A stretch of DNA of 64,000 nt, from contig JBAYVT010000001.1 in assembly GCA_041674405.1 (NCBI GenBank), positions 103,967-167,966 on the forward strand, in the 5' to 3' direction. The DNA comes from Patescibacteria group bacterium. GTDB lineage: Bacteria > Patescibacteriota > UBA1384 > XYA2-FULL-43-10. The notes below the pieces were generated by a model. It ran no database searches, was not told the origin of the DNA, and was given only the letters and a program-made list of their open reading frames with translations. This document shows, piece by piece, positions 26,730-36,717 of the stretch. Position 1 is the first letter of the stretch; each line of letters begins with the position of its first letter. The translations under genes and the position numbers were made by a program.

Positions 26730-27329
26730 CTATTCCAATATTCCTTCTTCTGATGAATAAACACAACCGCAGTAATTTGGAATATGCATATTGTGATTCT
26801 TTGCGTAGTTTCTGCCGTTCCAATATCCTTTACGGAAATCTTGGTAGAAAAACAGCGGTCCAGAATTTCGTTCTAACTCAAGACCGATATTCCAAATTTC
26901 ATCGTGATCTTTGTATGGAGATACCAACATCGTACTCACAAAGTAATCCATTTTTAGCGCCTTAGCTTCGTTATATGTTCTAGTAAGCACTAATAAATTG
27001 CATAACTGGCATCTCTTAGTTTTCCAACGCTTTTTGTCGGTGATATATTTTATTGAATTTTTATCCTGATATGGCATAATTGGCTGAAAAAAATCCTGAA
27101 TATCGTACTCTGGCGCAATTAATTTAATGCCATTTTCTTTGCAAAATTTTTCTACATCGGATTTTCGCCGGAGATATTCTGCCCTGCCATGAACTTGCGG
27201 ATTATAGAAAAAGCCGGTAACTGCAAAATTCTCTTTTTTTAGTAGCTGATAAACATAGCTAAAGCAAGAAGAACAACAAATGTGAACCATGATCTTTTTT
27301 GACTTTTCAGTTTTTTTCTCCCCCATCAA
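26730..27329 (-). CDS. queH: Epoxyqueuosine reductase QueH (DUF208)
   Basis: HICCSSC and CQLC cysteine clusters in DUF208 arrangement. Sits next to queA. Confidence 0.8.
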   Translation of the reverse strand: MMGEKKTEKSKKIMVHICCSSCFSYVYQLLKKENFAVTGFFYNPQVHGRAEYLRRKSDVEKFCKENGIKLIAPEYDIQDFFQPIMPYQDKNSIKYITDKKRWKTKRCQLCNLLVLTRTYNEAKALKMDYFVSTMLVSPYKDHDEIWNIGLELERNSGPLFFYQDFRKGYWNGRNYAKNHNMHIPNYCGCVYSSEEGILE

Positions 27330-27346
27330 AACTCCTTTGCCCTCCG

Positions 27347-28393
27347 CTATACCAAACTTTGTTGCCCAGAATATTTTTTATTCATGTGCGCGTAAGCTAA
27401 TTCAGTTGCAACCCTCCCCTTTCTTGTTCTGTCGATGAATCCAAGCTGCAAAAGATAAGGTTCAACCACATCTTCAATGGTATCTTTGTCTTCCGAAATT
27501 GAAGCAGAAATTGTATCTAACCCGACCGGGCCACCTTTAAATTTATCAATTATTGCAGATAAATATGCGCGGTCATTTTTATCCAACCCCAACTGGTCTA
27601 TCTCTAGTGCTAAAAGGGCGCTGTTAGCGATTTCGGCTGTAACGTTACCTTTATGTTTCACCTCAGCAAAATCTCTGACTCTTTTTAAAAGTCTATTTGC
27701 AATACGCGGGGTTTTTCTCGCTCTTTTGGAAATTTCAGCGATACCTGATTCGTCGATATTAATTTTCAAAATTTCCGCTGATCGCCTGATAATCTCGGAA
27801 AGTTCGGCTTCGTTATAAAAATCCAAACGATGTGATACGCCGAATCTATCACGAAGCGGAGAAGAAAGCGAACCGATTTTTGTAGTTGCGCCAACCAGCG
27901 TAAAACGCGGCAAATCAATTCTCATGGTTTTGGCCGAAGGACCCTTACCAAGGATTAGGTCTATTGCGTAGTCTTCCATTGCGGGATAAAGAACCTCCTC
28001 AATGTTTCGGTTCAAACGATGAATTTCATCAATAAAAAGGACATCGCCAGGAGAAAGATTAGTGAGAATACTCGCCAAATCCCCGGCTCGTTCGATTGCT
28101 GGTCCCGAAGTTACCCTGATTCCCGAACCCATTTCATTGGCAATAATGTGCGCAAGCGTAGTTTTACCGAGACCGGGTGGTCCGTACAGGAGAACGTGTT
28201 CTATTGATTCGCCGCGTTTTTTTGCTGCCTCGATAAAGATTGAAAGGTTATATTTTATTGGTGCTTGCCCGACATAATCATCAAGGATTTTCGGCCGTAT
28301 GGTAATTTCAAAATCATCATCCTTGGAAACTTCAGGATCCAGCGCATTGTGGTCTCCAATATTTTCGTCTTCGTAATTTTCTTCCATATGCAA
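27347..28393 (-). CDS. ruvB: Holliday junction branch-migration ATPase RuvB (with ~40-aa acidic N-terminal extension)
   Basis: [22 protein letters not shown] Walker A, RuvB sensor regions and a C-terminal winged helix. Confidence 0.95.
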   Translation of the reverse strand: MHMEENYEDENIGDHNALDPEVSKDDDFEITIRPKILDDYVGQAPIKYNLSIFIEAAKKRGESIEHVLLYGPPGLGKTTLAHIIANEMGSGIRVTSGPAIERAGDLASILTNLSPGDVLFIDEIHRLNRNIEEVLYPAMEDYAIDLILGKGPSAKTMRIDLPRFTLVGATTKIGSLSSPLRDRFGVSHRLDFYNEAELSEIIRRSAEILKINIDESGIAEISKRARKTPRIANRLLKRVRDFAEVKHKGNVTAEIANSALLALEIDQLGLDKNDRAYLSAIIDKFKGGPVGLDTISASISEDKDTIEDVVEPYLLQLGFIDRTRKGRVATELAYAHMNKKYSGQQSLV

Positions 28394-28453
28394 AAATTAG
28401 CCCTTTACCTAGGCTAATAATATCATAGGGATTGGACGAAAACTAGTTCAATG

Positions 28454-29500
28454 TCAGTTGTGAGGAGGATTTTCATAACACAACCATTCGGCCTCCGTCT
28501 CGCCCTGATTAATCACCTGGTGGCTGGCTCCCGGTAAAATTGTAATGGAAGGAAGACGATTAAAAAAACTTTTAGTTATGATTGGTGGGCATTTCTTACC
28601 AGATTCAAATTTTTTCTTTTTGCCATTGACAATCACTTCCAATGTTCCTTTTATGACAGCAATCCGATGTTCAGTGAGGGGATGTTTGTGCAAATCGGTT
28701 TTTGAGCCCGGCTGCATAATCATATAGGCCAAGGATGATTTACCTCTAAATGGACACGTTTTTAATCCTGAGATTTTTTTATATTTGATGGCGTTCGATC
28801 GATTTGGCGAACATTCGATGATCCTTGGCTTAAATCCCCATGACCAGACTCGATATTGTTTGCCTTCGATTGGCCTAAGGTATGGGATTTTTATATAACC
28901 TGTCGCCTCAAACCCTGCATTTGTCAACCTATTAGATAAAAATTTTCCAGAAGTAAAATAATAATCTGCTCTTCCAATATATTCGAGATCTTTTTTGTTT
29001 CTCGGCTCTTCATTGCCGATCATAATTATTCCTCCACTTTCCAGGGTAGTGTACGACTGGCACAAAAAATTTTCCAGAAGCAAACTTTTGCCTACAAGAT
29101 GGCCAATAAGACCGTCAGAAAATATAACGTGAAATTTTTCTTTCAGTTTGAATGGCTTAGAAACATCTAAAATTTGGGTATTAAGGCCTTTTTGACGAGC
29201 ATATTCAAGGGCTGAATTACAAAGATCAGTCGCCAGAATATTGTAACCTGCATCAGCCATATCTTTTTCCAAAAAAGCATTGCCGCAACCGCAGCTTAAA
29301 ACATTTTTCTTGTTAGATGGTAAATATGAGGAGAGCTCAGAGACCAATCTCATGACAGTTCGGCGATATGATTTGTGTGAGGTGGACGGAGTCATCGATT
29401 GTTTTATGGCTCCACCCTTTTCCCAGACATCAAGACGACTTTGCCCATTTTCAGCGGCATTTTCATAGTAATTTTTGACCTGTGCCTGAAATTTGCCCAT
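28454..29500 (-). CDS. Class I SAM-dependent methyltransferase fused to a C-terminal cupin domain
   Basis: Motif I VLSCGCGNAFL. C-terminal HKHPLTEHRIAVIKGTLEVIVNG is a cupin_2-like beta-barrel. Confidence 0.65.
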   Translation of the reverse strand: MGKFQAQVKNYYENAAENGQSRLDVWEKGGAIKQSMTPSTSHKSYRRTVMRLVSELSSYLPSNKKNVLSCGCGNAFLEKDMADAGYNILATDLCNSALEYARQKGLNTQILDVSKPFKLKEKFHVIFSDGLIGHLVGKSLLLENFLCQSYTTLESGGIIMIGNEEPRNKKDLEYIGRADYYFTSGKFLSNRLTNAGFEATGYIKIPYLRPIEGKQYRVWSWGFKPRIIECSPNRSNAIKYKKISGLKTCPFRGKSSLAYMIMQPGSKTDLHKHPLTEHRIAVIKGTLEVIVNGKKKKFESGKKCPPIITKSFFNRLPSITILPGASHQVINQGETEAEWLCYENPPHN

Positions 29501-29517
29501 AAAACCCTGATAATTAA

Positions 29518-30081
29518 TTATTTAAGGCGTTTCAAGCACCATTTTATTTTTTCTTGCCCCGATGTGTAATCTTTGGGGATTGAACGAACGATCAAGACAA
29601 CGTCTGATTTTTTATAACCAAGCGATATCAGTGCTTCAAGAATATCGTCATCCTCATTCTGAAGGGAAATCACACCTGAACCATCCAATCCAGATAGTTT
29701 GGGTTTCAAATCAAGAATGATCTTAGCCGCAACTTTCTTGCCTATTCCAGAAATCGATGTGAAAAATCCTAGATCGTCGGAAATAATCGCCTGAATAATT
29801 TTATCCGATCTTGATGCCGACATTATCGCCATCCCAGCTTTCGGCCCGACGCCATTGACCGAAATTAACTTTTCAAAAAGTTCGAGTTCTTCCCATGTCT
29901 TAAATCCGTAAAAATCATCCGCATCTTCTTTGATATGTTCGTGGATAAATATCTCGATTTCTTCGTTTTCTTTAGCAATATAATTTTGGCCAATAGAAAT
30001 TCTGAAGCCAACTCCAGCCACATCTAAGATAATTATCCCATTTTGAATTAATTTAATTTTTCCTGACAAATAGCTGATCAT
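29518..30081 (-). CDS. ruvA: Holliday junction DNA helicase subunit RuvA
   Basis: OB fold then two HhH motifs (GVGPKAGMAIM, GIGKKVAAKII), ~190 aa. Confidence 0.9.
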   Translation of the reverse strand: MISYLSGKIKLIQNGIIILDVAGVGFRISIGQNYIAKENEEIEIFIHEHIKEDADDFYGFKTWEELELFEKLISVNGVGPKAGMAIMSASRSDKIIQAIISDDLGFFTSISGIGKKVAAKIILDLKPKLSGLDGSGVISLQNEDDDILEALISLGYKKSDVVLIVRSIPKDYTSGQEKIKWCLKRLK

Positions 30082-30135
30082 AGCTCAGTCCTTGGTTATT
30101 GGTGTGTAGTCCATAGGAGATTCTGTAAAATGAAT

Positions 30136-31521
30136 TTATTCATCAACGATCACTCCCCCGTTATTCTCAATAATTTTAATAACCTGATCGCGCTTTTCTT
30201 CGATAAGTTCAGGATCTGTTCCTTCTAAATTTAGCCGGACCAGTGGCTGGGTTGCAGACGGCCGCAAGTTGAGATGCCACTCGTTGTATTCAACAGACAA
30301 CCCATCTTCTTCGTTCGTTTTTCCATCGTTAAATTTATTTTTCAACGTCCGAATGACATTGTCAATGTCTTTAACTTGAAAATTTGTTTCTTCAAACATA
30401 AAAATACTCTCTCGATATTCTTCCAATGCTTCTGATAACTTAATATTGTTTTCAGATAAATATTCAACAATTAAAAGCAAGGTAATCATTGACGAATCAG
30501 CAAAGAAAAAATCCCGATAAATGTTGTGAGCGGACGCTTCACCGCCAAAAATCGCGTTAACTTTCTGCATCTTTTCACGAATAAATGGATAGCCCGATTT
30601 AGATGGAAGATATTTTGACCCAAGGCTTTCAACTTGATTTTTAACCGCCCAACCGCGGCGCATGTCAAAAACAACTGTGTTTGCGCCATTCTTTGTGATT
30701 AAGATTTTAGAAATAAGTGCGCTTAAATAATCTGTGTCAACAAAGTCTCCATTCTCATCCAAAAGAGCGATCCTGTCAGCGTCGCCATCAAAGATAGCCG
30801 CAAATGACAGGTCGTCAATTTTTTTGCATTCCTCGATAAGTTGATTCCTATTTTTGGAAAGCATTGGATTTGGCCCATGGTTTGGAAAGTCGCCATCAGG
30901 AACAAAATTGATTTGAGTCATTTTGATGGGTAAACCTCTGGTAATTTTGGTAAGGACATTCCCCGCGACACCATTTGAAGCATCACAAACAAATTTGATT
31001 GGTTTAATATTTTTAATATCAATAAATGAAAAAATTTTTTCTAAATAATCCGGCCAAATATCAATTTTTTTAATTTCTCCGCGTTTCGATTGTGTCTCCA
31101 TATTTCCATTTTCGGACAATGCAATGTTTTTAATCTTTTCAAGGCCATAACCCATGCTTACCGGAAGCACTTCAGAATCAATAATCTTTATCCCATTATA
31201 TTCTCTTGGGTTGTGTGAAGCAGTGATCATAACACCAGGCACTTTAAGATGACCGCAAGCAAAATAAACTACCTCAATCGGCACCATGCCAAGATCAAAG
31301 ACATCAACTCCGGCATCCAAAAAAATCTCCTTTGCTTCAGCGGCAAATTCAGGCGATGAAAGCCGGGAATCAAAACCAAGAACAACACTCTTTGGTTCAA
31401 GATATTTGATGAGGGCGGCAGCAATCTTTTTAATTGCTTCCACACCTAATTCCTCCGGCACAACCCCGCGAATATCATAAGTTTTAAAGATTGACGGATT
31501 CATTGCTCCACACTCCTTCAT
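30136..31521 (-). CDS. Phosphoglucomutase/phosphomannomutase (alpha-D-phosphohexomutase)
   Basis: Active-site TASHNPREYNGIK and Mg-binding FDGDADR. The likely start is the internal ATG at 31503 (MNPSIFKTYDIRG). Confidence 0.9.
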   Translation of the reverse strand: MKECGAMNPSIFKTYDIRGVVPEELGVEAIKKIAAALIKYLEPKSVVLGFDSRLSSPEFAAEAKEIFLDAGVDVFDLGMVPIEVVYFACGHLKVPGVMITASHNPREYNGIKIIDSEVLPVSMGYGLEKIKNIALSENGNMETQSKRGEIKKIDIWPDYLEKIFSFIDIKNIKPIKFVCDASNGVAGNVLTKITRGLPIKMTQINFVPDGDFPNHGPNPMLSKNRNQLIEECKKIDDLSFAAIFDGDADRIALLDENGDFVDTDYLSALISKILITKNGANTVVFDMRRGWAVKNQVESLGSKYLPSKSGYPFIREKMQKVNAIFGGEASAHNIYRDFFFADSSMITLLLIVEYLSENNIKLSEALEEYRESIFMFEETNFQVKDIDNVIRTLKNKFNDGKTNEEDGLSVEYNEWHLNLRPSATQPLVRLNLEGTDPELIEEKRDQVIKIIENNGGVIVDE

Positions 31522-32677
31522 TATTTAACGCTTCAATCAGAAGCCTCTTGTTTGCTTCTAATCCTTTTTTAGCATGGTCTATTTCTTCCGTTGTTGTTAA
31601 ATTTCCATTCTTTAGTCTTAGCCAATAATACATCATTGGCACTCTGGCAAAACGATAATAAATCAATGCTAATCGAAATAATTCTTTAAAATCCGGATTT
31701 TCCGAATTCTCCTCCAAAACTTCCGAAAACATTTCTTGCTGTCTTTCCGGATACATCCAGTGAGTGGCTGGAATATACGAAAAAGCAGCGGCTTGGTTGT
31801 CGAGTAATTTTAATCTTTCCCAGTCAATTATCGTCATTGAACCATCGTCTGATTTTATTATGTTGCTCATATTTATATCAATGTTAGTAAATACTGCGCC
31901 AGAATTTCTTACAAATTCTTCCTTTTCGTCTAAAAGAGCCATCATTCTGTCAAAAACATCATCACCAAGCCACTCCCTATATTCAGATTCATGCTCGTGC
32001 ATCATTTCTCGATTTCTTTTGTGGGTCGGGCAGGCTCCCTCAGAATTCATTGTTATTTCTGGGTGCTCGGCTGCAATTTTTTCCGGATTCATTGCCTTTT
32101 GCATCGCTTTAATAAACTCGACTAAATTCTTAAAATCCTCTATTGGCATTGGCCCATCGGCAGCTTCGAACCACACGTGGCTCATGGGCTCCCCTTCGGC
32201 ATATTCATACTGAACAAAACCATTGCCATTTTCCTCGGATTCACTTGCAAGATATTTGGGAATATTGACGCGTCCTCTTATATTTTCGGGAATTTCTTCT
32301 TCAATATCACTCGCGATATCCTCATAAAAAATTCTTTCGTTTCTGGCTTCACCCCTAGGATCTTCGCCGCTTAAACGCATTTTAGTAATAACAATCTTGT
32401 GTTCAGGGTGTGCGCCTTCAAATATCCAAAATGGACGAGTGACTTTATTTTCTCTTATATAATTCAGAACCGCCTCGTCCCCCTCCAAATTTAGATCAAT
32501 ATTTTCATGTACGCCATAAAATCTTACTGGCCTAACTTCCTGCACACCTCGGCTTTTCAAACACTCAAGTACCTGTTGCCAAAGCTTATTAAGCTCATCC
32601 CCAGATTCAATTTTTTCTTTCCAACTCAATCCCTCGATTGGCTCTTCGTGGCTTGAGGAATTAATTCCATCTCTCAT
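31484..32677 (-). CDS. APH/ChoK-fold kinase-like protein (phosphotransferase enzyme family)
   Basis: Catalytic-loop-like FTNIDINMSNIIKSDDGSMTIIDWE, a variant of HGD..N...D[FW]E. Confidence 0.55.
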   Translation of the reverse strand: MRDGINSSSHEEPIEGLSWKEKIESGDELNKLWQQVLECLKSRGVQEVRPVRFYGVHENIDLNLEGDEAVLNYIRENKVTRPFWIFEGAHPEHKIVITKMRLSGEDPRGEARNERIFYEDIASDIEEEIPENIRGRVNIPKYLASESEENGNGFVQYEYAEGEPMSHVWFEAADGPMPIEDFKNLVEFIKAMQKAMNPEKIAAEHPEITMNSEGACPTHKRNREMMHEHESEYREWLGDDVFDRMMALLDEKEEFVRNSGAVFTNIDINMSNIIKSDDGSMTIIDWERLKLLDNQAAAFSYIPATHWMYPERQQEMFSEVLEENSENPDFKELFRLALIYYRFARVPMMYYWLRLKNGNLTTTEEIDHAKKGLEANKRLLIEALNNEGVWSNESVNL

Positions 32678-32681
32678 ATTT

Positions 32682-33653
32682 TTACCTCACATGCAAAATT
32701 GCTTCGAAAGAATCGCCGGCAGCAGCAAGATACCTTGCCCATATATGAGTCCTGTCGATTTTTTTTGATTCCTCAGTCGTTTTGATCTTTAAACTAATGG
32801 ATGGCCATTTGTGCATATGAAACAAAATTCTTATGATACTGGACCGAAACATTTCTTCTAACTTTTCGTTTGTAATAAATAGTTCTATCAGCACCTTCTG
32901 CCAATTTTCGTATCTCCACAGAAATAACCAGAGGTATGTAAAATCAATTGTAAGGTTATCAAAACAAAATTGCTCGAAATCAGAAAATATTATATTATCT
33001 CCCGGGCGAACAATAATATTAGCCGGGCTCATATCACTATTACATGCTTTAATATTTTCGTTTGAATAGTATAATTTTTTATTATTCGCAAAGAAATTCT
33101 GCTGATTTATCAGTGATAGACCTAGATATTTACCAATATTTTCCGGATTGTAATCTTCCAAATCTTCGAAATATTTTTGTTGAAAATTCTTTTTCAGGTT
33201 ATTTAATTCATGAGATTCTACGGATATTTTTTGTAAAGATTCCAAGTTGTCAATAATTTTTGGAACAATAATTTTGTCCTTGTCTATAAACTCATTTCTT
33301 AAAATATCATATCCCATAAGCGATTCATTTGGCAGGAGCATTGAAAGGGAGTTCCCTGGATAATATTGGCGAATAGACCAAAAATATTTACCACTAATTC
33401 CTGTTTCTATAATTTTCGCTCTTGCAAGGCCAAAATTCTTGTTGTGTTTATCAATATATTGGTCGACGGCTTTTTCTTTCTCCATATTTCTAACCCGGCC
33501 GGTAGAGCTTTTAGGAAAAATTTTTAGCACCACTTCATTGTTATTGATCAGCCCAACAAAAATATAACTTTCCCTTTCGTAGTCCTTTTTAATAGCCAAT
33601 TTTTCATTAAAATGCAAATCCACAAAGAGATCTGCGAGTTCTTTTTGATACAT
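32682..33653 (-). CDS. APH/ChoK-fold kinase-like protein (second paralog)
   Basis: NSDMSPANIIVRPGDNIIFSDFEQ is a Brenner/catalytic-loop analogue. Confidence 0.55.
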   Translation of the reverse strand: MYQKELADLFVDLHFNEKLAIKKDYERESYIFVGLINNNEVVLKIFPKSSTGRVRNMEKEKAVDQYIDKHNKNFGLARAKIIETGISGKYFWSIRQYYPGNSLSMLLPNESLMGYDILRNEFIDKDKIIVPKIIDNLESLQKISVESHELNNLKKNFQQKYFEDLEDYNPENIGKYLGLSLINQQNFFANNKKLYYSNENIKACNSDMSPANIIVRPGDNIIFSDFEQFCFDNLTIDFTYLWLFLWRYENWQKVLIELFITNEKLEEMFRSSIIRILFHMHKWPSISLKIKTTEESKKIDRTHIWARYLAAAGDSFEAILHVR

Positions 33654-34736
33654 CTAGCTAATCCTTTCGTACAAATTCATGTATTTTTCCGCCACCGCAT
33701 CGAAAGAATATTTTTCTTCAACCGTTTTCCGACAATTTTTTCTCATTTCCTGGTACTGCTTTTCGGGCAGTGACAATATTTTATTGGCTGCCTCCTCAAA
33801 AGCGCGGATATCTCCTTGTTCAACCTTATATCCGTTTACCCCGTTTTCAATTATTTCATCCACCGCTCCCGTTTTGTAGGCAATAACCGGAGTTCCACAT
33901 GCCATCGCTTCGATTACCGTGAGGCCAAAAGTTTCATTCGAAGAAGGAAACAATAAGGCCTTGGCGCTATAAAAACCGGGCCTTTTTTCTTTATCCACAA
34001 AACCAACAGCTGTGATTTCATCGTTTAAGCTTGGTAATATATCGCTCCTAAAATATTTTTCATTTTCACCGATTGGCTTTCCCCCAATCTCGAGTTTATA
34101 GTGCAATTTACTGGCAACCTTGATTGCGTGAGTGGCTCCCTTGGGCTCGATCATGCGCCCAATCCAGACGAAATTATCTTTAGCGCTTTCAGAAAAAGGA
34201 AAGTCGCCAAGATACACCCCATTGGGTATTATTTCATGTTGGCGTGAAAAGTCTTTCATTTGGAAACCTGAAACACCAACAAAGGTAATCAGGTTAATTT
34301 GTTCGGGCGTTAATAGATCAAATAATATTTTGTAACTAAAATTTTCTATTCCCATATGCATGGTAAGAATAGATTTTTTACCATTTTTGGCCGCCAGATA
34401 TACAGGTAAAAAATTCACCATACTAAAATGAGTCATCCTATCTTCGCACATCACTCTGTCAATTGCTTTTGCATAAACTGCAAATTCTTCAAACGCTGTA
34501 GTGCGATAATTCCAGCCAGTATTGAAAAAATCTGCTCGCTTCGAATATCCTAAAGATTTTTCTACTATGGGTATCAGAGAATTTAATTTTTCAGAATCTC
34601 CAGTCGCCAACAATTCAAAGTTGTCCAATTTCTGTTCCAATGTTTTGGCTAGGTAATAATTAAAAACCTCTAAGCCTCCGGGCACGGCAGGACCGGTTGG
34701 CATAAATATGTTAGAAAATAAAGAAATTTTTTTCAT
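33654..34736 (-). CDS. Glycosyltransferase family 4
   Basis: ETFGLTVIEAMACGTPVIAYKTGAVDEI is a GT4 EX7E region. Confidence 0.85.
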   Translation of the reverse strand: MKKISLFSNIFMPTGPAVPGGLEVFNYYLAKTLEQKLDNFELLATGDSEKLNSLIPIVEKSLGYSKRADFFNTGWNYRTTAFEEFAVYAKAIDRVMCEDRMTHFSMVNFLPVYLAAKNGKKSILTMHMGIENFSYKILFDLLTPEQINLITFVGVSGFQMKDFSRQHEIIPNGVYLGDFPFSESAKDNFVWIGRMIEPKGATHAIKVASKLHYKLEIGGKPIGENEKYFRSDILPSLNDEITAVGFVDKEKRPGFYSAKALLFPSSNETFGLTVIEAMACGTPVIAYKTGAVDEIIENGVNGYKVEQGDIRAFEEAANKILSLPEKQYQEMRKNCRKTVEEKYSFDAVAEKYMNLYERIS

Positions 34737-34737
34737 C

Positions 34738-35859
34738 TTAACCCAAAAATTTATTATATGCAGCTAGGTAATTTTGCGCCATTTTAACAAGGCTAAATTC
34801 CTTGATGATCCTATCGCGTGGAGCAGATGGCTTTATGAAAGACGCTTTTTTAAGAGCTTCTCGAATCTCATTTTTACCAAAACTACTAATCAAGATTCCG
34901 TTCTCGCCATTATTGATCACATCTTTAATACCCCCGATCGGTGACGCTATCGGAACAACCCCCGAAGACATCGCCTCCAGAAGGACCATGGGCATACCTT
35001 CTCTTTCAGTTGGCATAAATATCAACTTTGCGTTTTGATAAATCGGAATAAGCTCATTTGGAGTTTTGTACCCCAAATAATCCACGTTATCTTTTCCAAA
35101 ATATTGTTTTTCTAATCTCTCAAAATATTTAATCTCATTCGGAGACGAACCTCTTGGCCCGATTATAGAAAGTTTTTGCCCGGATTCTTTTACGGATAAT
35201 ATCAACTCCTCAACTTTTTTTTCGGGCACAATTCTCCCAACAAATATCACTCCTTGTTTTTCAGAATTTGCCTGAAAATTATATTTGTCTGTATCAACCC
35301 CATTGGGAGTGTAGCCGAAATTTTTGATGCTATTTTTTTGGCAAAATTTCTCATTGTCGTGGCTTATGCAAGTCATACCAGATGATGATTTTGACAATTC
35401 ACGATAACGATATTGATCATAAGCGTGAAAAATACTAGCTAAATCACCATGGATCGTATACAAAACCGGAATCTTTGCAGCCAAGAATATAAAGAAATTT
35501 GTCCTCATATCATGAGAATTAATAAGATCAATTTTACCCGCCCTATAGGCTTTTAAGGCTTCATTGGCAGCAAAAAGATCGCTCTCTACCCTTCTTTGTG
35601 TATATTCAATCGGATTTTTTGTGTCTGGCCCGAATTCCCTCCACGCAGATGGCAGATCCGCCCCGCTGCAAGTAATTTCATTACTGCTGTCCCTGGAAGT
35701 AAAAACCATATTCTCACAATTAAGATCGGACAATTTTTTTGATAATTCGAACACTAGAGAGTTTGGTGCGCAAATAACGTCTGGGTCGGGTGGCACCGGT
35801 TTCGAGCTAAGAGGAATGATTCCAACTCTAATTTTTTTTGATCGCCTTTTGAACAACAT
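34738..35859 (-). CDS. Glycosyltransferase family 4
   Basis: EREGMPMVLLEAMSSGVVPIASPIGGIKDVI. Confidence 0.85.
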   Translation of the reverse strand: MLFKRRSKKIRVGIIPLSSKPVPPDPDVICAPNSLVFELSKKLSDLNCENMVFTSRDSSNEITCSGADLPSAWREFGPDTKNPIEYTQRRVESDLFAANEALKAYRAGKIDLINSHDMRTNFFIFLAAKIPVLYTIHGDLASIFHAYDQYRYRELSKSSSGMTCISHDNEKFCQKNSIKNFGYTPNGVDTDKYNFQANSEKQGVIFVGRIVPEKKVEELILSVKESGQKLSIIGPRGSSPNEIKYFERLEKQYFGKDNVDYLGYKTPNELIPIYQNAKLIFMPTEREGMPMVLLEAMSSGVVPIASPIGGIKDVINNGENGILISSFGKNEIREALKKASFIKPSAPRDRIIKEFSLVKMAQNYLAAYNKFLG

Positions 35860-35931
35860 TATGTTATAGTTTTATTAAGTTAATCTATTCCATTATGTTT
35901 CAATTTGGACAATTAATCAAATAGAGGGATT

Positions 35932-36717
35932 ATGAAAATATCTATCGTCATGCCTGTGTATAATCGTGAAGATTTCTTACCAGAAGTCTTGCAAAGCTAT
36001 TTCAACCAAACGGATAAGGACTGGGAACTAATAATTGTCGATGATTGCAGCATAGATTCGAGTTTCACAATCTGCCAAGATCTTGCCAAAAAAGATGATC
36101 GAATAAAATGTTTTCGCCTGAAAAAAAATTCTGGTGTTGCCATCGCAAGAGATTATGGCAACAAAAAAGCGAATGGAGATATTATTGTCGTTGCGGACTC
36201 TGATGATTTTGCCTATCCCGATAGAATCAAAATAATTAGAGAGTATTTTGAAAAGAATCCTGATGCTGACATCTTCTATACCAATATGGATCTAAATTAC
36301 ATTGACGATGGAATAGTAAAACCTAGATTTTTTCAGCCTTATGTCAAAGATTTATTATATAACATAAATTTTGTGCCTAACGCATCTTCGTCTTATAAGA
36401 AATCGGCCTACGTCAAAGTAGAGGGCTACGATAGCGAGCAAAAGATTGGAGAAGACTACGATCTCTGGCTTCAGTTTTCTGATAAAAACATGAAGTTTGG
36501 TTATGACCCTCGGCCAACAGTAAAAGTTACTATGCATAAAAAAAGTATTCGTTCAGAAGAGCAAGATAAACACCGCTCATATATTGAGCGAGTTTGGAAA
36601 AAACATAAATCAGCCGGAGCTGATCTAACTCAGGTTAAACAATTGGCAAATAAAGAAACATATGACTTTTTCAGCCAACCAAATAAATTAGAACTATGGT
36701 TCAATATTAAGAATTAG
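35932..36717 (+). CDS. Glycosyltransferase family 2
   Basis: ISIVMPVYNRE...LIIVDDCSID with DxD (ADSDD). Confidence 0.9.
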   Translation: MKISIVMPVYNREDFLPEVLQSYFNQTDKDWELIIVDDCSIDSSFTICQDLAKKDDRIKCFRLKKNSGVAIARDYGNKKANGDIIVVADSDDFAYPDRIKIIREYFEKNPDADIFYTNMDLNYIDDGIVKPRFFQPYVKDLLYNINFVPNASSSYKKSAYVKVEGYDSEQKIGEDYDLWLQFSDKNMKFGYDPRPTVKVTMHKKSIRSEEQDKHRSYIERVWKKHKSAGADLTQVKQLANKETYDFFSQPNKLELWFNIKN

